A stretch of DNA of 64,000 nt, taken from assembly GCA_000091205.1 (NCBI GenBank), contig AP006501.2; one strand, written 5' to 3'. Shown here piece after piece: positions 10,316 through 22,168 of this stretch. The stretch's first letter is position 1. Each line of letters opens with the position of its first letter. Origin of the DNA: Cyanidioschyzon merolae (Eukaryota). The notes below the pieces were generated by a model that did not search any database, was not told the origin of the DNA, and saw only the letters and a list, made by a program, of their open reading frames with translations. The position numbers and the translations under genes were made by a program.

Positions 10316-12262
10316 AGCGCGTCTGCAACCATCGCCTCGATGTTCGCATCATTCGACCATGCGAATCGCTGGATGCCGTGGACTAGGGCGCTGGGGGCAG
10401 TGACGCGTTGGCCTGAACGCTGCCACCACAATGTTGGTGCCGGTCTGAACGATTCAGGATGCAACGCAAGCACGATGAGCAGCTGTAAGGGACGCGAGAT
10501 GCCCTGTCGCTCTGCGGCAGGTTGCGATAGCCTGCTACGCGCGTCCGCATTATCGTTGGTTGCCTCGGGTGGTGGTATGCATATCGCGAGCGCTTCATTA
10601 TAGCGGGTTTGCATGGATATTGGCGAGCTTGGCAACTCCGTTTACGAAACGATCACCGCTTCGGTGTACGCTGTACTGGACACATTCGGTGCCGCATGCG
10701 ATACCCCTGAGCCGATGTACCCTGGACGCACCGCTCTCGCGTCGGTACACGATACCCGTTTCAGGTGAAGCTAAAACTCTGCGCTGCTTGCTTTCTTCGT
10801 GTCTGGCGACTCTTCTCTTTTCTTTCTGCGGATGGTATTTTAGATATACAGACTCGACATTCCAAGCAAATCCATATCGGATTGCGGGTGCAAAAGCGGA
10901 TCTAGGAGTCTCGGTCGTACGTTCGGAGTCGGCGCTTGGATGATCGGCCGCTGGAACGCTAGAAGGCAGTGGAATTCAGATGAGGTGCAGCAACCTCAAA
11001 AAAGCGGGATTGTAAACTAACCGATATCACGAGTCCAACAGCTCTCTACAAGCCTATACGCTTATCCATCGCTTGCATCCTTCGGTTCTTCGAGTGCTCT
11101 TTTCCAAGGCAGACCGTGAGCGCACCCAGAAAAGCTCAGCTGGATGCACGAGTGAATCTACTTGACATCATCATTTGGCGCCACGATCACAAGCATATGC
11201 TCGTCATTGACTTACATTTGTACTGCAAATAATCGCTGGCGTTCGAAGGACAAATACTTCGCGCTTTGCGGTTACTGGTGAAACGGCATTCGCCAACAGC
11301 AGCGTCATACCGATCACGTGATGGATACTCCCAGGCGCTCTACTCTTCGTCTGGCAACGGATACAGTCTTGCACTCAGACTTGAGTCATCATCGGTGTTA
11401 TCACTTGTTCTAGTCGAGCGTGCGTCATCGTTTTGCACGAAGGCGGCACAACGCGGGGTCGGAGACACAATGAATATCTGGGAACACCCGACAGCACCCA
11501 AGTGTCAACGCGGTGAGGCACACAACGATGCACTGCACTGAAAAAGATGCACACGGCAAGCGAGACGCTGACCGCTACGTCTTGCCTATGCGATCAATGC
11601 ATAGAGAACAGCTGGAAATAGCGTCATCGGGATTGGAACGCTACCATCACCATCCCTCGACTGCTGACCGCTGAAGTGCAGGCGTATCAGATACCGACCC
11701 ACGTAAAAACCGTTGATAAGGGAGACGAACACGAACCAGTCTCCGATAAAGCACACAAACGCTGGTGTTCTTGATGCCGGAAACAGACCTAAGCTTGACA
11801 GTGAATGCCCGAGTTCGTGGACCTGTTCGCATTCATACCAACAGGGCTACGAAACATCGATAGCCTGGAGATTGTAGAAGCGCGCCGTTCACCGCCTCTG
11901 AAAGTGAATATTGTGGCACAGGAGTCTTGGACCTCTGATAGGTGACGGCGATGGGCTTCGTGGCACCTTTTTCTCAGAGCGTACGCCACTGGTACCTGCA
12001 GGAAACGAATCAGCGGAGCTTACAGCGTCAACGACCTAGAGCTTCTCTGGGAATCCGATGTAGATGCTAACGATGAAGCGCACGCTGGAGGTCGGCGACA
12101 CGTGTCCGTTTCTCTGGTCGCTGGAACGCAGATCGCAGCTCAGCGCGTGGCGTGCGGTGGTGTGTGTGTGGCGCACGAGCGCTCCCCAGCCGGGACGCCA
12201 GCTTATTTGTTGAGTGCTTCATTGGCTTCAGTCCGGCAGTGTCTGCGCCCTCTCCAAGCACG

Positions 12263-13162
12263 ATGATCGGTTTCGTATTGCTGCTGTCAGGTCAGTCGAA
12301 TGCGCAAGTTTCTTCGCGGCTACGGAGATCCCTATGCAAAGGCGACACATGTGCGTGTCTGAGAGAGGATGAATTGGTGCCCGTTGGGAGGGCACGCTCG
12401 CCCCGCGGTCATCGCTCAGTTGCTGGACCGTCGAACGTGCGGCTGAGGCGTCAGCGCTGCTGCCACTTGCGTACTGTTAGTGAAGGTGCCACTGGAGGTG
12501 GCGGCGGCAGCGGGGGTAGAGGCGGCGGAAGTGGCGGTGGCGGCAGAGGTGGCGACGCCTCCGGAGCTTCGCCTCCACAGCAGCCTGGCTTACTGTTGGC
12601 GCTTTTCGAGCGTTACTGCAGGGCTCTCGAACGCCGTCCTATCTTCACAAAGTCGATAACAGCAGCCCTTTTGAATTTTTTCGCTGATCTTACTGCGCAG
12701 TACTTTGAAGCGCGCAAGCACCCCTCGGATACCCCGCCGGGGTGGCAGCGTCGGCGCACGTTGTCGTTCGCCATCATTGGCCTGTGCTTTGTTGGGCCTG
12801 GGCTCCACGGCTGGTTCTCGTTTTTGGAGAGAGCCTTCCCTCCATCACGGTTGTCACTTGTTGGAAAGTTGCTAATTGATCAGACTTTAGGAGCGGCGGT
12901 TTTCAACGGAGTTTTACTGGTCATGTTGTACTGGCTGGAGCACGGTGGCAAGTTCCAGGACGCGTGGCAGTCAATGAAACATCGTTTGCCACCCACAATG
13001 ATAGGAAACTGGAAAGTATGGCCGGCTGCTCAGCTCGTGAATTTTGCGTTCGTGCCACCAGCATTCAGGGTGCTCTACGTGAATAGCGTATCCTTCTTTT
13101 GGACCATCTATTTGTCGGAAATCGCGCACCGCACGATCACGAAGGAAGAAAAAAAGAGCTGA
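12263..13162 (+). CDS. Mpv17/PMP22 family membrane protein. The 5' end is unresolved.
   Basis: The domain from about 12590 onward reads ...LLALFERYCRALERRPIFTKSITAALLNFFADLTAQ...VGPGLHGWFSFLE...LIDQTLGAAVFNGVLLVMLYWLEHG...VWPAAQLVNFAFVPPAFRVLYVNSVSFFWTIYLS. The track ORF starts at a GTG (12152). The only in-frame ATG (12263) is followed by an odd (GGN)n Gly-rich segment. A missed intron or a non-ATG start is possible. Confidence 0.65.
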   Translation: MIGFVLLLSGQSNAQVSSRLRRSLCKGDTCACLREDELVPVGRARSPRGHRSVAGPSNVRLRRQRCCHLRTVSEGATGGGGGSGGRGGGSGGGGRGGDASGASPPQQPGLLLALFERYCRALERRPIFTKSITAALLNFFADLTAQYFEARKHPSDTPPGWQRRRTLSFAIIGLCFVGPGLHGWFSFLERAFPPSRLSLVGKLLIDQTLGAAVFNGVLLVMLYWLEHGGKFQDAWQSMKHRLPPTMIGNWKVWPAAQLVNFAFVPPAFRVLYVNSVSFFWTIYLSEIAHRTITKEEKKS

Positions 13163-14376
13163 GAATTATGCATTTCGTGGTGCATTTCTCGCAAAAGTCC
13201 AAAAACGTGGTTGTGATGGGAAACTCGTCGTCGAACAAGGCTAAGGTTTATGGGATTCGATGAGCTCGCGGGGCGCGTCACGTTGGGGCTGCGGACGCGT
13301 GCGGGCCGTTCATGACGACGACTATGGTGTGCAACGTCACGATAGTGACAGTTGGTAGATTAGAGACTCCAAACCGAGTACTCATCATGCTAGCATTTGG
13401 TGTTTGTCATATCCATGGTAAGGAGTCTGCGTGGACATGTCTGAGGGATTCTGCGCTGCCAAATGCAGCAGCGTGGGCGCTGGAGCGGAGCGTTTTATAC
13501 AGCGGCGCATCCGCTTGCTATTGATGCTGCCGAGCCGCCCGACTCGAACGCCAACGCTCTCGACATGTCAAATTTGCCTCGATGCTCCATCCGGGCTGCG
13601 ATAGAATCAGACACTCCCGTGGAAATCGTCCAGATCACAGAAATGATACACCAGCGCGACTCGCGTGAACGTATGAATGAATGTATGTATGCTGCCAGGG
13701 TATACGATTCGAACGACGCTTACATGGCAAGCGATTTGCGAACGACAAGAGCGGCGAGGTTTACATTTTTTAGCACGCGCAGTTCGAAGAAGCATTCAGG
13801 AAGATCGCACCTGTCCACCGACCGCGCGCACCGTGCGAAACGCATTCCCAGACGCCCAAGCCAGTGCTTGATTTGCTGCTCTCCTCTCTGATTCATGTTG
13901 TCCAGATCCAGTGAAAACTTACTGGGGAGGCTCTTCAGTCGGTGATCGCGCGCTCTGTCTAGTGGCTGCGGCGTGACAAGGCGGTTCTGGTGCGACACCT
14001 TCATCGACATCATGCAATGCAAATACAGAGCATTCATCCATTTGCAGAAGAATGTCCGGCTTTGATCTAGAGACGGTCGTGCTTGCGGGCGCTGCGACGC
14101 ATCTTCCGGATTCGTAGCAACGTACCTGCTCCGTCTGTGGAGTTTCCATTCTTGGGATGACTCGTTGAACATAGGTCGAGCTCCGGACACCAGATACCCA
14201 AAGCTGCAGCACGCTGTGCCAGAAACAATCGCATCTGCATTGGTCGCCTGAGCACCGAATGCGCTTGCCAGGTGCCTTGCAGTTCCAAAGGGCGTGTATG
14301 CTTGCAACCTCGGCATACTGCCTGGATGCGCTCGAGTCGGTGTGCGCTTCGTCATCAGCGTGCAGCCTGGCGGAGG

Positions 14377-15741
14377 TTATCGATGCGGATCTGCATGGAG
14401 TTCGCGCAATACCTCTCGTATCTGTGCGGATGGCAGCGGAATTCTCAAGCAATCGGGAATACTTCGGCTGTTCTCAAGGCCCGAGGCCCCGGTTCGCCAA
14501 CCCGGGACTGCAGACTCCAATAGATTGTGGTCTTCGAGTTCCCGAAGAATTGCCTGCAGGGAGTTGGCATTGCTCACGAAAAACTTTGAACGGCAAATGC
14601 GGTAAAAATCTGAGAACGAGATGCCTTGTTTCACTCGGTCGCCTCTCGTGCGATCTTCCGCACTGGCGGCAGACTCGAGCTGCATCTGCGCCAGCAACTG
14701 AAAAATGCGTCGGGCATTGGGCGTTAATCCAGTAAGAAGCATGATAGCGCCGCGAACGAGCTGCTCCGCCGACAGGGTCTTGGCACTTTCGGCATGGCCT
14801 CCGGTCTCCACGACATGGGGCAAATGCGTTGGGCAATGCTGCCAAATCCATTGGAATCGTTCGTAACATGATCCTACAGGCCACAGAATTGTCACCTCCA
14901 TTCGATCTATGGAGGCGATTAGATGAACGCGAGGCTGCGAGGCAAGGTTCGCCAGCAACGTCTGTGTCTCGGTGGTGGACAAGGTCTGCCCATCGATGTT
15001 GTGGACCACGAGGAAAAGCCTCCGCGGTGCTTCCGCCTTGTACAACTCGCCGAGCATTCGCAACTGCGCCGCCAGCGGACGCCCCCGTCTCGCGTGCGGC
15101 TCATGCTCGTGCTCGTGCTTCCTAGAGTGAGGCGATAACCGCCGCGCTCCAGCTGCATCGGCAATTTCCTGGACCAGCGCACGCACCTGGACGAATGGAT
15201 TGAATCCGTTCACAACCAGCACAGCGGAGGCGATGTTCGGTGCATCAACAGCGTTTCTCTTCACCAAGTCAGCTGCGAATGCTTCCAAGACAGCAAATTT
15301 GCTTCCTTCGCCATGAAGTAATACCGAAAAGCCGCCAAGTACGAGCAAGTGATACCAGAGATGGAATTTTGCACGCGCCGCTTCGACGGCTGCCGAAATC
15401 GACGCTTCCGGACAGGCGCCTCCGCTTGCCGGTGGTTCGTTTTCCGCTCCAGCTGGTCTGCACTGGACAGACGAAACCGAGCGTGCATGGGCCCCTGGGG
15501 CGCGCTCGTGCGTCTGGCAACCCAGCAGCCGTGACCTATCGTTCGCATTCGACGAACGCGCTTCCCGAAGGTCCCGAGGTTTCCCCAGTATGCCGCGCTG
15601 CGAACGAGCACGCGAACGAGTGGCACGCAACGCTGCCCGAGCCGCTGCCGCGGCACCAGCGTCACGACACGCCCGCCTCAGTTGACTTTGTCGCGTTGCG
15701 GCCCCTGCAGCCACCTCACCGTCTACGTCGTCACGTCGCAT
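14377..15741 (-). CDS. ORC2: Origin recognition complex subunit 2 (ORC2)
   Basis: FHLWYHLLVLGGFSVLLHGEGSKFAVLEAFAADLV...VLVVNGFNP and RRLFLVVHNIDGQTLSTTETQTLLANLASQPRVHLIASIDRMEVTILW match the conserved ORC2 C-terminal blocks (LL.YGFGSK...; HNIDG...IASIDH). The N-terminus is R/A-rich and low-complexity. The track ORF opens at a TTG (15840). The first ATG is at 15741. Confidence 0.65.
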   Translation of the reverse strand: MRRDDVDGEVAAGAATRQSQLRRACRDAGAAAAARAALRATRSRARSQRGILGKPRDLREARSSNANDRSRLLGCQTHERAPGAHARSVSSVQCRPAGAENEPPASGGACPEASISAAVEAARAKFHLWYHLLVLGGFSVLLHGEGSKFAVLEAFAADLVKRNAVDAPNIASAVLVVNGFNPFVQVRALVQEIADAAGARRLSPHSRKHEHEHEPHARRGRPLAAQLRMLGELYKAEAPRRLFLVVHNIDGQTLSTTETQTLLANLASQPRVHLIASIDRMEVTILWPVGSCYERFQWIWQHCPTHLPHVVETGGHAESAKTLSAEQLVRGAIMLLTGLTPNARRIFQLLAQMQLESAASAEDRTRGDRVKQGISFSDFYRICRSKFFVSNANSLQAILRELEDHNLLESAVPGWRTGASGLENSRSIPDCLRIPLPSAQIREVLRELHADPHR

Positions 15742-16117
15742 GCCAGGGAAGTGCTTCGCGATGTCGTTCAGTGTCCGTAAAAGTCTAGAGGTTTTGGTGG
15801 AATCAGAAACTTTCACCGACAGTGCGTGATGCTTCCACAAACGTGCACCAGAAGAGTTCGTGCACCTAACCAGCGCTCGCGTCCGCGTTGAGTTAAGGAG
15901 CGTCTCACGCTGGGTTCAATGGAGTGCAACTGCTGCCGTTCACAACCGCGTTTGACCAGCGGTTGCACGCTCTCGTTTCCAGGTACCTAGAAATGCTTCG
16001 ACGCAAGTCGCTTTCTCGTAGACAGTGCCTTGGCGTTACCATTTTCCCGCGAAAAATTGGTACACGCATCGCGCTGCGCTGTCGAATCGATGCATGGCGT
16101 CGATGGTGGCAGCGCAC

Positions 16118-16316
16118 ACCACGGCACGACGATAGGATGTACGAAACGACCAGAATATCCGAGAAGAAGTGCAGGTAATGTAACTTGGAGGTAGCGGGTT
16201 TGATGGATACTTTGCCGCGTACTGAGAAAAAAACACACAAAAAAAGCAGGAAAAGAAAAATGCGCATAATCGGAGAACGCTGGACTAAGTAAACGTTTTG
16301 TCAATGAAAAAAAAAC
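16118..16316 (+). mobile_element. Solo 5'-truncated 3' tail of the same non-LTR retrotransposon family as 48560-52276, ending in an A-run
   Basis: 16118-16316 aligns with 52080-52276, with shared strings such as gtacgaaacgaccaga, ggtttgatggatac and gtaaacg..ttgtc.atgaaaaaaa. The overlapping antisense ORFs encode similar peptides (KYPSNPLPPSYITCTSSRIFWSF vs RYPSNSLPPSYSTYTSPRILWSF). It terminates in (A)9 at about 16306-16316. Confidence 0.55.
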
Positions 16317-17727
16317 ACGGAGCGGCCGCTCGGCGCAACCAGTGCGCACCCTGGAGGCGACACGAACGGCACCGGAGGCGCGCCATTGCGATGCTTGCGC
16401 TAACGATTGTGCTGCTCAGGAAGGATATACTGGGAGGCACGGCTCATGCTCGGGAAGCGAGCAGATTCGCGAACAGCATGCCAACGTGATCGTTGTCGCA
16501 GGGGCTGGGGGCGGGCATCGAAGAGCAGGCGACTATCCGGTCAGCGATGCACCATCGAGTCGTGTGCATGTGAACGATACCGAGTGCTAGAGCCGGTGTA
16601 TCAACTCGTCACCAGGTCGTTATCTTACCCAGGTATCGTTGGAGTACTTGGGTATCGTCAAAGTTGTGGATGCTGGCATGCTACTCCTGGAGGTCCTTCG
16701 TGAATGCATCTGTACTGATCGGTTGCCACGATGTGGGGGAATTCGCAGCAACGACGCCAACAGAGACGTCGTCGATGTCGGTCGTTTGACGTTTTGCACT
16801 TGTCTCGATGCAGAGGATCTGATCGCGTCCGTTTGCTGCTTATCCAAACGTGTGCCTCCAGCTAGCACTGCCTACGAACAAGATGCGGTTCCGCTGATGC
16901 GAATGCGCAGCATCCTGACGAGTTCCCGCGGAAGCGCACATACGTCGATTGCTCAGCACCCTCAAACACGAGATACGAGGATATGGTCGCTATGTGGTTT
17001 ACGATCTACATGGATGTAATGAGCGTGTGACGATGGTTTGGGAGCGATGCGGGCCTCGTCGATATCACCGCCGAATCTGAAGTATGCGCCGTCGATGTGG
17101 CATCGTCGCAGAGAGAACATAGAGCGCAGCGTTTTTCACGGTCAACGGTATGTGAGTGTATCTGACAATGGACCAGCAAATGCGTACTTTGAGCAGGAGT
17201 GACCGCCGTGCACCATTGGTGGTGAAGGGAGTCTCGGGCGAGATAGCGGGGACCGCCAGCATCACCTCGTCTTTCTGGAAAACCCCATGAATTCAAAGAA
17301 ACGAGAATCGACGCGAATGCTCACAATAGCAATCATATCGTTCTGATCGTCCAATTGTTGAAGACGTCAACTGCAAAAACTCAGTTTACGTCAGAAAACG
17401 GGATCGGATGCGAATCCATACCATATCATCAAGCCGCTGCACTGTTGCGTGTCGAAGACGTGAAACTCGAATCCAAGTGCGCATTCCCTTGAGGCAGTTG
17501 CATCGTCGCACCTGGGCCTGGAGCTCCTGGTAAATCTGGGTGTCTTGCAAATGTTCCGCTTCAGGGGCGATGCGCGGCACTACAGGGGAAACACCCAAGG
17601 TCAACGGCGGCCTCGCTCAAGCTGGTGACACCCTACTCGAATGTCGATGCGCGAGATCCCAGCTTGCATGCCCTACTGCGGCATCTGCTGCTCAGCCTCT
17701 TGTGCGCGTTTTGCATCATCGTGACAG

Positions 17728-19680
17728 CTATATACTACGATTCACCAGGCTTTGCAGACGTTCCTCGACTGCAGTCACATCCCGCAAATGCAAACGTTCG
17801 ACATCTTCCGCAGAAAACGCTCCGCTCTCAGAGATTGCGGAAACCAGCTGTCGATACTTTGCGAGCAAAGCAGAGGCAAGCCCGAAGAGCAGCTTCTGCC
17901 GCGTAGCGAGGCTTCGAATACGTGTCGCAAGCGGTGGCGGGAACCAGTCCGATACGGGCGCGTCGAAGAGCAACGACTCGAACGCGCGCATGCGCAGTGC
18001 AAGCGCTTCGAGGCTGGGCCAGGACGCTTCGCGCTGTTGTCCATGTTCAGTTGCAGCCGAGAATGGATCCCCATAGGAGCCGGCAAGCTTACTGATCTCC
18101 AACAGACGACACCGCTGCAGCAAGGAGTCCACTGCTGCAGCAATGTACGCGGCCATGTGCTCCTGGAGCAAGTGCTCGAGGCGCGCGCGTTGCACCTCAG
18201 TCCAGAAATGAGCTAAAACGTTGACGATTGCATCCAGGGTATTCCCGACGAAGACCGAACGCCCCAATGGGTCCAAATCTCGAACAGCCAGCACACGCAC
18301 CAGCGCATCGACGCTCTCAAGAACGACATCTGTCAACTGGGCAGTGTCTACCGACTGTGATGTGCGCGGCAGACCTGGGTCAGCTTGAATCTCGAGACAG
18401 GCACGCAAATGCTCTGCCTCATGCAGCAGTAACGGCGGTATTGATAAATCGTGCGGTATGATCAGGTTATTTTGAAGCAACCTCATGAACCGTTCACGCC
18501 AACCCGAAACGCAGCGCCCCAGAACCTCACGACGAATCGATGCCAACGCCAGCGGGAGTACTGCTTCCGTACCCAGAACTCGTTGGAAGAAATGTTCGTA
18601 GAGAACCAAGAACTTGTGCACCTCGTGTAATGCTGACAGCGGCAGCGACTCATTGTCAATCCACATCTTCAGACGAGAGCTCATGGCGTCGGCGTAAACA
18701 TCACTGCTTTGCCGTAGAATCGTCTGCACCAGGTCTGTCGCGCGTGCCGCATTGTGCTCAGCGGCGGCATGTCGTCCAGCGTTGTGCGCATTCTCGTGCG
18801 GATGCTGTACGGCGAACGCTCGGAGCCATTGCTCTTTCTCTAGCTCAAGCTGCTGATGCACAATCGCAAACAAATCGTTGATGAGGCGCAATACCTCATC
18901 ACCGGCGGTAGACCGATCTGCTGCTGGACTCAAGTTCCGAACATGCTCATCCCATTGTCGTTGGAGCTCCCGAAGTAGCACCTGTTGGCGACCCGCGACA
19001 ATAGGTTGCAGGCAGGACGCTAACAGCGGTAACCAGGCTCGAATCAGGAGCAGAACATGCGATTCCGGTGCTTCGATGGGCAGTTCTGGCTTCGCCCAAT
19101 CCAAAGCGCGCACCCAGGATTGCACTCGATCCCATGCAGACTCGAGAACGATGTGCAGCTCACGTTGAGCATCCTGAATCAACTTCCAAGACCGCATTTC
19201 AGCGGGTAACTCCTTGAGGCGAGACTCAATTCGTTGCACACGCCCCAATGCATCCAAGACGGCGACATCGAGGTCGTCTCGACGCAGCTGTGCGGCATCA
19301 TCCTCGTGAATCGATAGGGCTCGCAGCAGCACTTCGAGAGTGTGCTGTCGTTTTTGGACTCTATGCAGTGCGCTTTCCATGGACTGGAGGTCATCGGCCC
19401 AGCGTTGCATATGCGCATCGCTGCGGAGGTCGCTCAGTCTGCTCCTGTGGGCATACAGCTGCGCTCGACTCTCTTCGATTGTAGGATCAAATGCAAGACT
19501 TGGTATACGTTGTTCGCTGGCTTGATGTACTAGTTCCTGCAGCGCTGCGTTCCTTTCTCTTTCAATGACATCCAAGTATTCTAGTGAATGTCTAGTGCAG
19601 AATGCTTGTGCCAAGTAAAGCGCCGGTTTGAGGCTGGCATCACGTTCAACGTCCGCGTCCACATCATGTGCAAGCGGCAT
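17728..19680 (-). CDS. Hypothetical conserved alpha-helical protein. It may be a vesicle-tethering or CATCHR-like subunit, but this is not established.
   Basis: A 677-aa uninterrupted ORF with ordinary, non-repetitive composition and leucine-rich heptad-like stretches. The track ORF opens at a GTG (19761). The first ATG is at 19680. I could not match a specific family from sequence alone. Confidence 0.4.
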   Translation of the reverse strand: MPLAHDVDADVERDASLKPALYLAQAFCTRHSLEYLDVIERERNAALQELVHQASEQRIPSLAFDPTIEESRAQLYAHRSRLSDLRSDAHMQRWADDLQSMESALHRVQKRQHTLEVLLRALSIHEDDAAQLRRDDLDVAVLDALGRVQRIESRLKELPAEMRSWKLIQDAQRELHIVLESAWDRVQSWVRALDWAKPELPIEAPESHVLLLIRAWLPLLASCLQPIVAGRQQVLLRELQRQWDEHVRNLSPAADRSTAGDEVLRLINDLFAIVHQQLELEKEQWLRAFAVQHPHENAHNAGRHAAAEHNAARATDLVQTILRQSSDVYADAMSSRLKMWIDNESLPLSALHEVHKFLVLYEHFFQRVLGTEAVLPLALASIRREVLGRCVSGWRERFMRLLQNNLIIPHDLSIPPLLLHEAEHLRACLEIQADPGLPRTSQSVDTAQLTDVVLESVDALVRVLAVRDLDPLGRSVFVGNTLDAIVNVLAHFWTEVQRARLEHLLQEHMAAYIAAAVDSLLQRCRLLEISKLAGSYGDPFSAATEHGQQREASWPSLEALALRMRAFESLLFDAPVSDWFPPPLATRIRSLATRQKLLFGLASALLAKYRQLVSAISESGAFSAEDVERLHLRDVTAVEERLQSLVNRSI

Positions 19681-20778
19681 GACTCCCTGAAATGGCTTCA
19701 GGCTCGAGAACCGGCCAAATGAGCAGTCGCACGTGCTATAGTTGCTCAGGTTCCAGGACACCTTCCAGAGGGCGTTCCGAACGACTACGCGCGTTCAAAA
19801 CACACCCGCGCTGACAACTGACGGACGCGAAACCCCGTGAAGCACCTACCTTCCTTGGCTCCGTTCTTTCGGTTTAGAAAGCGGGTTCTCGCAAAACTGC
19901 AGGGTGCTCCGCCAGAGTCCGGAGAAGATTCACCTAGTAACACAGCTGAAATGGTGCACGAAGAAACCTGCAGTACAGGCGTAAAGGCAGCCGCAACCGA
20001 TATGACGAACGATATCCACACCGTATCCTGGTGACACACTGCGACTTGTTGCGAGTTGCGGTCGATGTGGTGACCCCTGCACCATGAGCCAACTTGCCAC
20101 TGGAACTGAAACCGCCCGCAGGTAGAGCGGATCGTCGCTAGATGCTCTTGCTCGACGTCGATTAGGCGTGAAGACCTGGCGACTCTTCCCGATGGTCCAC
20201 GCCAACGGAGTCGTGAGCTGCACGAGTGCTGCTGAACAGGAGCGTTCAAATAGCGATGCCGCGCCCAGTATATGCCTTGCGTTGTCTTATCTTCGTGTCG
20301 GAGAACAGGCAGTTGTACAATCGGGAAATGCAGCGCGTTCAGGTAGAGCGTCTTGCTGCTCGCGCTATGTATCGACTTGGATGACCATGCGAAGCCGCCT
20401 CTGCATACACCATCATATCAACCTTAACCGGTACGCGCTTGTCTGCATGCCATGGAAAAGGCCCAGCTACCGAACTCGAGAATGGACCCTGGATTGTGTG
20501 TCTCTAACTGATGCATCCAACAGCAGCGTTCGCGGCTTTCTCTGCGACCGCTTCCTCTCTTTCTCGCTTACCGCTTGCGCTGAATACGGAGCTCCATCTT
20601 GTCCGTGCATCTTCGTTATAAGCAGTCGATGGATGTTGATCTTTGTGTTCAAGTCCTGATTTTGCTGCTTTCGGTAGTTGCCAATGCATTCCATGTGTGA
20701 ACGGAAGTTGCGATGTTCATCTTGTTTGTGCACAGCCTGGTTGCGCGCTTTGCAAATGTTCTATTTGGCCGTGGTCAG

Positions 20779-20888
20779 GTGTTCCTATATGTTCACCGTG
20801 TATGCGTATCCTCGGCGCGTCGTCTTGTGGAAGGTGTTCCTATATGCTCACCGTGTATGGATATCCTCGGCGCGTCGTCTTGTGGCGC
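20779..20888. repeat. 2 x 55-bp tandem duplication
   Basis: gtgttcctatatgttcaccgtgtatgcgtatcctcggcgcgtcgtcttgtgg is repeated head-to-tail with 3-4 mismatches. Confidence 0.6.
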
Positions 20889-22168
20889 GTCGACGCGTGT
20901 ATCATCGCTTGGTATACGCTCTTGACGAGTACGGAAAGCTGCCGTCGATGGTCTCTTATGCTTACGCTTCTGTGTGATTCCGTCGGCAGCGACTCTGCTC
21001 GTTGCACACACAAGCGCACGCTGTCCTAGTCGATTGGGAATTTGCGGAACGCGATGCTGTCCACAATGAGACAAGAACCGGAACGAATATCCAGGATGCA
21101 GGAGAGGCTGAGCACTGCCGATCCGTCTACGCTCCATTCTTGAAAAGCGTTGACACACGAATCACTGGAAGAGATCGCTGCGATGAATCAGACTCCAGTC
21201 GAAGATGCTTTCTCATTCAAACAGAAGGGATGGGTGCGTCTAGTCGCATATCCCTTGAGAGGGATTTGCTGCGGTGGAATGCGGTTTTTTGTTAACGGCC
21301 ATGAAAAGAATAAAAAATTCGTCGTTCCAACGGTATCGCTCATTTTTTGGTATGAGAAGTTTGGTGCGCATTTAGCATGAGCTTTTGCACTGGCCATCAA
21401 GCGACGACTTCGAGTTCCTGTCCCCGTCAATCCAGCAGCGCGAATTGCTGCGCCCACATGCTGCCTTGGTACAGAGAGAACCCAAGCTTAAAGAATGCGT
21501 AATCGAACACGCTTCAGGCATGGAAAGGAGAATACTTGACGCTCGTGCGAATGAGTGTGTTCATGATTCCGGTTCTGACACGATGCCGTGCTCGAGAACA
21601 TCGCGAATTATCTTGACTCCTAAATCGTATTCTATTCCAGCTGAGAAGCGTCAAAAGAGTCACTCCGAACAGACTTCAGAGCATCCGAAACCTACGTATG
21701 CGTTCGTTAACTACTATCCGTATTCCGCCAATGTCCAGATTGTGTATCAGAAAAGTTTTGGGAAACATCGCAAGGCAGGTACACAGCGCGTCCTCCAATG
21801 TTTTGTATTCAAGAGGTACGTGTAATCTGTCCATATATTCTAATATTGGGTATAAAGGAACAGACCCTGACATACAGTCTGGAGAATTTGTCCGTATTAG
21901 TTACAAAATATACATCTATGTATCATGACATAGAGCCTGCAACGAGGGCGCCCATTTCCCCATACATCAGCGGTGTCGTCGATGACTCGCCGCTTCGCCA
22001 GCCGCGGACGCCGAACTCATTCTGCCAGCCTATTCAAGAGGGAAAGAAAGCCCAGTGTACTTCGGTTGCTGGAGAACCCACACGTGGCGTCAGCGGTAAC
22101 GCCCAAAGGCCTCTTTCGGAAGCAAGGGCATCCGCAATAAAATTCGCTTGCGGAAGAATTTCTTGCGC

